Source: Acutalibacteraceae bacterium (GTDB lineage Bacteria > Bacillota > Clostridia > Oscillospirales > Acutalibacteraceae). Taken from it: DNA of 64,000 bases. A program made the translations under genes and the position numbers. The notes under the pieces were generated by a model, which saw only the letters and a program-made list of their open reading frames with translations, was not told where the DNA came from and made no database searches. Positions 54,630 through 62,888 of this stretch are shown one piece after another (the stretch's first letter is position 1; each line of letters opens with the position of its first letter). The stretch lies in assembly GCA_045601885.1 (NCBI GenBank), contig JAZSAN010000005.1, forward strand, positions 21,851 through 85,850, given 5' to 3'.

Positions 54630-56867
54630 TTAATCTCCTAACTGTGTCCATGTATTTCGTCTATTATGGCTTGTTCTAATACAAGTTGAAAATGCTTGAG
54701 GTTCTGCTAATAACAGACATCTCTTTTTTGCTCTGGTTAACAATGTGTAAAGCATACAGTTGTCAAGCAATTTGTAATGAGTATTATCTATAATACCGAT
54801 AACTGTTTGTTTTCCGGCACCTTGTAACTTATGTACTGTCATAGCATAAGCAAGGTCAAGTTGTTCTAATTCTTTTAATTGATATGTAATCTTTTTATTT
54901 TCTGCGAACTTAACATCACAACATTTTGTCTTGCCATTTTCATATATATCAGTTACATATCCTATTTCGCCATTAAAAACATTTTTGTCGTAATCATTAA
55001 CCGTTTGCATTACCTTGGCACCAACTCTAAACTCGGTATCGTTGAGTTTAATAAATCGTGTTTCATCAGGTAATAACTTGTTTTGAATCACTTTGTTTAA
55101 TTCTGATGTACTATTTAAACAATCCTTTTTTCGAGGAACGGCTATTACTACATTGTCTATACCGTCTGTTTCGATTGATTTTAAATATGTATTAACGGCT
55201 ATTTTAAATAACTGTTCTCTGTTATTTCTAAACATATAATACATATCTTGTAATTCCCCGTGAATGATTTTAGGTTGTGCATTTTCGGTGACTGGATTTA
55301 CATTTTCTCTAATGCGATTTGCGTCCGATAATATACCCGATTTAGCCGCCTGTCGCATTGGTTTTGTCAAGTTGTTTACACATTCTTTGTTTAATATATC
55401 TATTAAATCAGAGAATGTATTGCCATATCCTATTGGTGGTAACTGTTTGTGGTCGCCAGATACAATAAATCTTGTGTTTTTACTAAGAGCTTTAACTAAT
55501 GCCAAGAATAAACTTGAACTTACCATAGAACCCTCATCAAGAAAAACAACGTTTGAATATATAGGATTATCTTCGTTAAAAGTAAATTTACCCTCGCCTT
55601 GACAACCCAACATTCTATGTATTGTACTTGCCGAGAAACCAGTTGCTTCTGTAATTCTTTGTGAAGCCATGGCGCTCAAAGCACAAGCAGATATTGAATA
55701 ATTGTTCATTTGATATGCTTTAAGCACAGCTCTCATAATACTACTTTTACCCGTACCGGCCTTGCCAGTGATAAAGCTTACAGTGTTTTGTAAGGTTTTA
55801 TAGATTACCTTTCGTTGTTCTGGCACATATTCAAAACCTTGCTCTTCTTCGGCTACTTTAATAGCATTCTCAATTTGTTCGTCCGTGAATGAAATGTTGC
55901 TGATTTGCTTACTTTTATCAATTAAAAGTCTGTGTATTTTATTTTCAACATTGTAATAATGTTTTAGACCAACTTTTCCGTCCTCGCAATGTAAAAAAGA
56001 ATCGGAAGCAAAAAGTCTGTCCATATGTTCCATGCACTGCGGAACATTGTTGCTGATTGCACTTTTTAATATACTCTCAGACACCCAAGTGTGTCCTTCA
56101 CCGTCGCCAAGTTCACTCAAATAATATCTTGTAAAAGCAACTAAACGCTCCAAAGAATTGTATAATTCAGGTTTAAGCTTCATTGCTAAATCATCAATCT
56201 TTTTAAAACCCAATCCGCTAATTTTTGTCATTATATAAGGATTGTCTAAAAGTTGTTGCTTAAGCAATGCTGCATTCGGTTCTTCGTTTTGCAGTTTTTT
56301 AATCATTGCAAATGTAACACCAAGAGGTTTGAGCATTACAATAATATCTGACATTATATAGTTGTCAAAAATCTTTTCTTTAATTCTATTCCAAGTAAAA
56401 GCCTGAACGCCTTTTACTTTACTGTAGTCAATTTCGTCAACCTTACCACTTACTACGTCTTCAACGATATTTGGGTATGCGGCAAGTAAATTGTTAGCAA
56501 CGTCTTCAGATATTAACGACTTTAAATAAATCATTTGCGATTCTTTGCTTTGAGGAATTAGTGCAGTGATTGAAATCGGTTCGTATTGCCAACCAAAACG
56601 ATTATCTTTTTTAAGTCTACATTTTAGTCCATATTGACCACCGATTTGTAATCTTTGCATCTTTCCAGAAAGAGTGCTTATTTTATCAGTTCTTGTTTTA
56701 TCAGCTTCGTCAAAAGGATTTAAAGATGGTTGAACACCTACCGGCATTTCATCTGCATTACCTGAGAATTGATAAACACCCCAACAAGTATCGTCGCTAT
56801 AATATCTTTCATCAACGATTGTTATTTTTAATTCATAAACTATATCTGTATCAAAATTCTCGATTAT
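54630..56867 (-). CDS. RecD2/Dda-like SF1B helicase; start probably non-canonical
   Basis: GKAGTGKS, VVFLDEGSMV, SGDHKQLPPIG, AMTVHKLQGAG, LYTLLTRAKK. The frame is open for 46 codons upstream of the ATG at 56747. Confidence 0.8.
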   Translation of the reverse strand: MIENFDTDIVYELKITIVDERYYSDDTCWGVYQFSGNADEMPVGVQPSLNPFDEADKTRTDKISTLSGKMQRLQIGGQYGLKCRLKKDNRFGWQYEPISITALIPQSKESQMIYLKSLISEDVANNLLAAYPNIVEDVVSGKVDEIDYSKVKGVQAFTWNRIKEKIFDNYIMSDIIVMLKPLGVTFAMIKKLQNEEPNAALLKQQLLDNPYIMTKISGLGFKKIDDLAMKLKPELYNSLERLVAFTRYYLSELGDGEGHTWVSESILKSAISNNVPQCMEHMDRLFASDSFLHCEDGKVGLKHYYNVENKIHRLLIDKSKQISNISFTDEQIENAIKVAEEEQGFEYVPEQRKVIYKTLQNTVSFITGKAGTGKSSIMRAVLKAYQMNNYSISACALSAMASQRITEATGFSASTIHRMLGCQGEGKFTFNEDNPIYSNVVFLDEGSMVSSSLFLALVKALSKNTRFIVSGDHKQLPPIGYGNTFSDLIDILNKECVNNLTKPMRQAAKSGILSDANRIRENVNPVTENAQPKIIHGELQDMYYMFRNNREQLFKIAVNTYLKSIETDGIDNVVIAVPRKKDCLNSTSELNKVIQNKLLPDETRFIKLNDTEFRVGAKVMQTVNDYDKNVFNGEIGYVTDIYENGKTKCCDVKFAENKKITYQLKELEQLDLAYAMTVHKLQGAGKQTVIGIIDNTHYKLLDNCMLYTLLTRAKKRCLLLAEPQAFSTCIRTSHNRRNTWTQLGD

Positions 56868-59800
56868 ATAAGCACTCCTTTCTGCTTAGTTTGTTGTAAC
56901 CATACCTCGTAAGGCTTTAATTTTTCTAACACTACCCTATCTTCGTTATCTTTTTTAACCAATAGAGCAAGTTGCTGACCAGTCTTAACCATATCTTCAT
57001 ATTCTTTTAATTTTGAATGCCATACAATACATTCAATTAATCCAAAGGAAGAATAGATATTCATAAACGCAAATTGTTTTTTATTTTTATCTTTCTTCTT
57101 TTGTACCTTTGCTACAATGCCAACAATAGTACACTTATTGCCAATTTCAACTTCGCTAAAAGGTTCTAAGTATTCATAAGCTTTGTCAAATGGGTTATTG
57201 TTAAGGAATATTTGCAAACTTTCAAATTCCCAGAACTCTTCGTTTCTTAAATATTTGTCAAAGCACTCCGATTGAAACGCCTTAAGTTTTTCTTGTTCGT
57301 TAATTTCAAAGTTTTGTAATCGCACTTTGTTGTAATCTGTAAGTAAGCGTTCCTTATCGACCTTTTTGCCATCTCTATAATCGTCAACATTTAATCCAAA
57401 TGCTTCAAGTTTACTATACGGTGACGGAACGGAAGAGACAGGTTTAAAATTTCCCTTAGTATAGGTTGACATTAAATATTTCATTAACGCCTTCTTTTTA
57501 TCCTTACAGGGTATTGCTCCAGATTTAATTAACGAAATGATTTGCGTCTTCTTTGGATTTACTCTGTCTATAAAGTCTTGCATTGAAGCGAAATTGCAAT
57601 TTCTGTTATTTAAAATTTCTGTAGCAAAGTTTTCTCCAATACCTTTTATTGCCGATAATCCAAATAAAATTGCTTCATTATTAATTGAAAAATTCATTTG
57701 CGATTTGTTAATATTAGGTGGTAGAACTTTAACTTCAAATTGTTTTGCATCTAAGATATATTTATTAAGCATTCCTGCTTTATCTTTATTAAGGTTAAAT
57801 AATGCCTTAAAGAAGTACATAGGATAATATGTTTTTAAGAATGCAGTTTGGAAGCATATTACGGCGTAACTGAAGGAATGCGATTTGTTAAATAGATATC
57901 CACCTTTTTGAGATAGGTCATCACTAATCATTTTTGCAATTTCTTCACTATATCCGTTATCAATAATCTCTTGATATAACTTTGCCGATTCTTCCTTAAC
58001 CAACTCAATATTCTTTTTACCGATTGCTTTACGGAAAAGGTCGGCACCACCATAACTTCGTCCACCAAATGTACGAACAACATCAAGCAACTGTTCTTGA
58101 TAAATCATACAACCATATGTAGACTTTAAAATAGGTTCCATATCAGGATGAATGTACTTGACTTTACTTGGGTCGTGTTTACATTCTATATATTCTTCAA
58201 GTGCACCCATAGAATCGGGACGATATAGAGCAAGGACTGCCGATAAATCTTCAAGAGAATTTGCTTGAAGTCTGATTAACAAATCTTTCATACCGGCACT
58301 TTCCACTTGGAATACACCATTGGTTAGCGCTTTGTTGAGTAACTCGTATGATTTAGTATCATTCTCAAAAACAGGATTGTTAATATTAATATCGTACTCG
58401 TCGATATTAAGGTCTGTCTGAATTTCCTTAATCATATTTAGGGTTTGTACACCCAAAATATCGAATTTAATAATGCCTATTTCTTCAATAATTCTCTTAT
58501 CAACTTGAATAACGTGTTCGCCATCTCCGCCGAGTTTCATAGCCATATAGTCATTAATATCGGTATCAACAATGCCTACACCACCAGAGTGACAAGAAAC
58601 AGTTTTAATTCTTCCGCTTAATTTACTTGCTATATCAAACAATTCTGCGTACTGAGGATGTTCTGCAACAAATTTTTCATTATTTTCAAGACACTCAGCA
58701 AATGTATCGTAAGAAAATCTCTTGCTCAATTTGTCCATTTCGTTGTAATTAAAGCCAAGAACCTTTCCAACGTCTTTAATTGCAACGACAGGTGTGATAT
58801 ATGAAAAGTTAATTATCTGACAAACACGATTTTCGCCATACTTATTAATTAAATAGTTAATAACCGTTTCTCTATCAGATACATCTGTGTCAGTGTCCGG
58901 CATTGAAATTCTTTCTGGATTTAAGAAACGCTCAAAAATCAGACCGTACTTAATTGGGTCAAGGTCGGTAATATGCAAACTGTAGCAAACTAAACTTCCT
59001 GCACAACTGCCTCTGCCCGGCGCAACCATAATATTTTTTGACCTTGCAAAGTTAATAAAATCCCAAACAATCAAAAAGTATCCGTCAAAGCCCATAGTAT
59101 GAATGGTTTCTAATTCGTAGTTAATTCTTTCTCTATAAATCTCTTGCTTTTCTTTAGGAAATTTATCAAAACCGCGCTCTACCCAACCCTCGTTAACGAG
59201 ATGTTTTAAATATGTATAGTTATCATTAAAACCTTCAGGTAGCGGAAAAGTAGGCAACTTAGGGCTTTGAAACGGCATATTTACCTCTTCAATCATATCG
59301 GCAATAATATTTGTATTTGCCAAACCGACATCAACATTTTCTTTGCCGATTTGATTGTCCATAATGTCGTGAATTTCTTCTTCGCTTTGCAAATAACAAC
59401 CTTCATATGTTTCGCTCATTGTTTCTGAATCGTGAGCGATTTGTACGTGCCTTGCCTGATAATATAAATCTTCTTTTGTAGCAGCATGGCTATCAGTTGT
59501 AATGATATAAGGAGTATCAGTAGCTTTTGAAAGATGAAGAATCTTTTGATTATATATTTCTTGGTCAATGTGATTATGGCTCTGCATTTCTAAATAGAAA
59601 TAAGGAAATATTGATTTGTATTCATTGATATATTCAATACACTTATTCAAATCGCTTTCTCTTGCTATTTTAGAAGCTAAACAAGCTGAAGAAACAATAA
59701 GATTGTTTGCATAAGGTGCAAAGTCACTTAGCTGAACACGAGGCTTGTAATAAAAGCCTTCCAAATTAGATTTAGTAACTAATTTATTGATTGCTTTTCT

Positions 59801-60082
59801 TCCCTCTTCGTTCTTTGCGAGAACAACTAAGTGAAAATACTTACTCTCCTTATCCTTAATTTCAGTATCAAAGCATTCATAAAACTCAACACCATAAATC
59901 ATTTTGATATCTGGGTAATCTTTTTTAATCTTATCAAAATAGCACCATGAATACTCATTTCCGTGCTCTGTGATAGCAAAGGCCTTAAGGCCTATTTTTT
60001 TTGCTTGTTCTAAATACTCTTTTGGAGTTGCATAACCATCTAATAAACTGTAATGTGAGTGGTTGTGTAACGCACTATACAA
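56864..60082 (-). CDS. dnaE: DNA polymerase III alpha subunit, DnaE-type (element-encoded)
   Basis: PHP domain (HNHSHYSLLDG), catalytic GRGSCAGSLVCY...PDTDTDV, and a C-terminal OB region. TTG start. Confidence 0.95.
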   Translation of the reverse strand: MYSALHNHSHYSLLDGYATPKEYLEQAKKIGLKAFAITEHGNEYSWCYFDKIKKDYPDIKMIYGVEFYECFDTEIKDKESKYFHLVVLAKNEEGRKAINKLVTKSNLEGFYYKPRVQLSDFAPYANNLIVSSACLASKIARESDLNKCIEYINEYKSIFPYFYLEMQSHNHIDQEIYNQKILHLSKATDTPYIITTDSHAATKEDLYYQARHVQIAHDSETMSETYEGCYLQSEEEIHDIMDNQIGKENVDVGLANTNIIADMIEEVNMPFQSPKLPTFPLPEGFNDNYTYLKHLVNEGWVERGFDKFPKEKQEIYRERINYELETIHTMGFDGYFLIVWDFINFARSKNIMVAPGRGSCAGSLVCYSLHITDLDPIKYGLIFERFLNPERISMPDTDTDVSDRETVINYLINKYGENRVCQIINFSYITPVVAIKDVGKVLGFNYNEMDKLSKRFSYDTFAECLENNEKFVAEHPQYAELFDIASKLSGRIKTVSCHSGGVGIVDTDINDYMAMKLGGDGEHVIQVDKRIIEEIGIIKFDILGVQTLNMIKEIQTDLNIDEYDININNPVFENDTKSYELLNKALTNGVFQVESAGMKDLLIRLQANSLEDLSAVLALYRPDSMGALEEYIECKHDPSKVKYIHPDMEPILKSTYGCMIYQEQLLDVVRTFGGRSYGGADLFRKAIGKKNIELVKEESAKLYQEIIDNGYSEEIAKMISDDLSQKGGYLFNKSHSFSYAVICFQTAFLKTYYPMYFFKALFNLNKDKAGMLNKYILDAKQFEVKVLPPNINKSQMNFSINNEAILFGLSAIKGIGENFATEILNNRNCNFASMQDFIDRVNPKKTQIISLIKSGAIPCKDKKKALMKYLMSTYTKGNFKPVSSVPSPYSKLEAFGLNVDDYRDGKKVDKERLLTDYNKVRLQNFEINEQEKLKAFQSECFDKYLRNEEFWEFESLQIFLNNNPFDKAYEYLEPFSEVEIGNKCTIVGIVAKVQKKKDKNKKQFAFMNIYSSFGLIECIVWHSKLKEYEDMVKTGQQLALLVKKDNEDRVVLEKLKPYEVWLQQTKQKGVLI

Positions 60083-60086
60083 TTAA

Positions 60087-61847
60087 TCACCATCCTGCTT
60101 CTTCATCATCTTCAGTATCTTCGTCAGTACCCTCTTTAGTACCATTAAAATTAATATCTTTAATATTTACTTGAATCGTTCTTACACCATTAAAATCGTT
60201 GATTTTAGGTTCACCCACCAAGTCAAACATAACAATTTCATTATCGTCCCAACAGTTGTCAAACCATTTTAATAGCTCATTTGCGCCAAATATAATAAAC
60301 TCAATATCATTAAAAGAGAATTGCAATGTATCAGCATTTTTTCCTTTGACTGCAAAATCTTGTTTTCTTAACTCTATGTTTTCAATCGCTATTAAAGGTG
60401 TATCAATGCCTTTAGCCACAATATTTTCTAACTGTGCCATTTCATTAATTAAAACAAAATCAACATCATTCATATCTTTAATGAAATCAACACGGTATGT
60501 AGTGTCATAAATAACGTCTTTTAATCTTTCATTAAGTTCTTGAATGCCATTTTCTACATTATCAGCGTTAATACTTATTCCGGCAGCATTAGGATGTCCC
60601 ATACAGTAATTAAAACTTGGACACGAGTTGATAATGTCTTTAAAACTATCTATAGGACTATTATCAAAGTTTCTCATACTACCACCAAAAACCTTTGTAT
60701 CATCATCGGTTTTCATTTCCTTTAATAAAATACAAGGTTTATTAAAGTGTTCAGCAACTTTAATGGCTACTACGCCAGTTAATCCTTCATCTAAAATTGT
60801 TGTAACATCTGCGACAACAACCTTGTTTTCTGGGTTTTGTTGACCAAGAACTTCGATAATTTTTGCAATACCACTTTTACGACTGTTATCTTGACGTGAT
60901 TTTGCGTTTTTACTTATCCTTGCCGCACGGTCAAAAATATTCTCTTTTATCGTTTCGGTTTGACCACGTTTTTTGTAATCGAACTCTTCATAGTCCCCTA
61001 TCATTGCTCTAAAAACAAGTTCTTTATCTTCGTCCGAACCGATACGAATCATACCATTAAGGACTGGGGTTAAATACCATTGGACATTATGTATGTTAAT
61101 TTTGCCTTTTATACTAAATTCTTGTGCTTTAATTAAAGCCTTTAAGAAATCATTTTGAATATTACTCAAGCCTTTATCAACAATATGTTTTGTCTCATAC
61201 GAACGCATATCCATATCGTCCGAAATGTTTGCCCAAGCACATAAGTCCAAAAACTCGTCAGCATATTCAACCCAAAATTCACTATCTAAAGCAAGTAAAA
61301 ATTTATATACAATTCCTGCGCCGGAGAAATCTTTATTTTCATATTTTTCGCTTGTTTGATTGTTTACAATAATTGCATTAGGGTTATTAAATTCTTTTTC
61401 GTGATGGTCAAGAATTATAATGTCTATTCCCTGTTCTTTTATTTTCTTACATTGTTCGTAATCATTAGTAGATGCATCGGGAATGATGAGCAATTTGGTA
61501 TCTTCAGGGATAATAACGTCTTCGCTTAAACCGTGCGCCTTTGCTTTTTTATGCAGTATATAAGAGACTGGATAATCGCTATCAAGCTTTTTAATATACA
61601 GATACATCATTGCTGCCGAACAATATCCGTCCACGTCAGAATCTACTAAAATTGCAATAGGAGATTTGTTGTTAAAATGCTTTGCAAAACATTCTACTGC
61701 AACATTCATATTTGAAAGCAAACTGTAATTAATAATTTCACTATCTGAAAGGTTTAAATATCTATTTACATCCTTGATACCACGATTTTCTAAAACTCGT
61801 ATCTTAACATTTGCATTATTTGAATTTTTATATAATTTATATTTCAA
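60087..61847 (-). CDS. DHH/DHHA1 phosphoesterase (RecJ-like exonuclease, SPbeta YorK-like) with an acidic C-terminal tail
   Basis: DSDVDGYCS, IILDHHE, DHHA1 GHPNAAG, and the tail ...TDEDTEDDEEAGW. TTG start. Confidence 0.8.
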   Translation of the reverse strand: MKYKLYKNSNNANVKIRVLENRGIKDVNRYLNLSDSEIINYSLLSNMNVAVECFAKHFNNKSPIAILVDSDVDGYCSAAMMYLYIKKLDSDYPVSYILHKKAKAHGLSEDVIIPEDTKLLIIPDASTNDYEQCKKIKEQGIDIIILDHHEKEFNNPNAIIVNNQTSEKYENKDFSGAGIVYKFLLALDSEFWVEYADEFLDLCAWANISDDMDMRSYETKHIVDKGLSNIQNDFLKALIKAQEFSIKGKINIHNVQWYLTPVLNGMIRIGSDEDKELVFRAMIGDYEEFDYKKRGQTETIKENIFDRAARISKNAKSRQDNSRKSGIAKIIEVLGQQNPENKVVVADVTTILDEGLTGVVAIKVAEHFNKPCILLKEMKTDDDTKVFGGSMRNFDNSPIDSFKDIINSCPSFNYCMGHPNAAGISINADNVENGIQELNERLKDVIYDTTYRVDFIKDMNDVDFVLINEMAQLENIVAKGIDTPLIAIENIELRKQDFAVKGKNADTLQFSFNDIEFIIFGANELLKWFDNCWDDNEIVMFDLVGEPKINDFNGVRTIQVNIKDINFNGTKEGTDEDTEDDEEAGW

Positions 61848-61855
61848 TTAATCAC

Positions 61856-62875
61856 CTATCTTAATTTGTAAATATTCTTATTAACTAAATGCTCCCATTT
61901 TTCATAATTATCTGACGGAGATTCTTTTTCATTCAAGATGTTATCTTCGTCAAATATATAATAAAGAGGAATTGTATCAGGAAATCTGTCTGCCAAAGCT
62001 TCCATTTTTTCTTTGTCAATATCTTTATCCATACAAAGAACAATATCTACGCCCAATCTGACAAGCATTGCGATTTGAATGTCAGAAAGTTTTGCACCAC
62101 CTGTGGCTACACAGTTTCTTGTATTGCGTGACCAACTTTGCATAACGCTTTTTTCTGCTTCGAAGACATAAACACGATTTGCATTTTTTATGTATGGAAG
62201 TGTTTTATTTAGTCCGTATAATACTTTGCCCTTAGCGACTGGCTCAAGATATATGTATTTCATTTCATTATCATCAAGTTGCTCTTTAAACAATCTACCT
62301 TTAACTCCCACTAAATCGCCTATTTCAGAATATATGGGAATTGTTATCCGATTACTAAATTCGTCATATGCTATGTCAAAATCTTTCTGAGTTTCGTATG
62401 ATATGCCATCGTCATTAAACATATCATTAACGAATGGCTTGTAATAATTTAATATTGACTTATCTATTGGCTTTAATGGTTCGTCATCCTCATTATCTGC
62501 CGAGCTTGACATTTTATTAAGCATTTCAAGTATTTTAAAACTTTTAGGGACATTCTCGTAAAAATCATGGTAATAAGAAATTCCTATTTGTTCACATATA
62601 TACTTGATACCTTCAGGAAAATCGGTGTTATTTATAAAACAAACCAAGTCTATTAAATCAGAATTTCTGTTTTTGGCAGGTAAGTTTCTTGTATAGTTAA
62701 TCGTGTAAAGATATTCATTTTCATATACGCAAATGGCCGTAACATTGTCACCGTCCGGATTAGCACATTGATAAAAACCATTTTTGTGCTTAATGTGATG
62801 ACAATTCAGCGATTCAAGTATTAACTGGATATAATTGTTGTCCAGAATGTATTTTTTCAAGCTGATTATATCCAT
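61856..62875 (-). CDS. DnaG-type (TOPRIM) DNA primase
   Basis: RITIPIYSEIGDLVGVKGR...KYIYL...LYGL...VYVFEAEKSVM...LCMDKD. Confidence 0.8.
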   Translation of the reverse strand: MDIISLKKYILDNNYIQLILESLNCHHIKHKNGFYQCANPDGDNVTAICVYENEYLYTINYTRNLPAKNRNSDLIDLVCFINNTDFPEGIKYICEQIGISYYHDFYENVPKSFKILEMLNKMSSSADNEDDEPLKPIDKSILNYYKPFVNDMFNDDGISYETQKDFDIAYDEFSNRITIPIYSEIGDLVGVKGRLFKEQLDDNEMKYIYLEPVAKGKVLYGLNKTLPYIKNANRVYVFEAEKSVMQSWSRNTRNCVATGGAKLSDIQIAMLVRLGVDIVLCMDKDIDKEKMEALADRFPDTIPLYYIFDEDNILNEKESPSDNYEKWEHLVNKNIYKLR

Positions 62876-62888
62876 TCAATACTCTCCT

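Noticed and set aside
56864-56888. Programmed frameshift fusing DnaE to the RecD-like helicase.
   Set aside because: The helicase frame opens only 6 codons before the dnaE stop and I saw no slippery heptamer. SD-directed initiation at ATA explains the data more simply, so this is mentioned only as a remote alternative.
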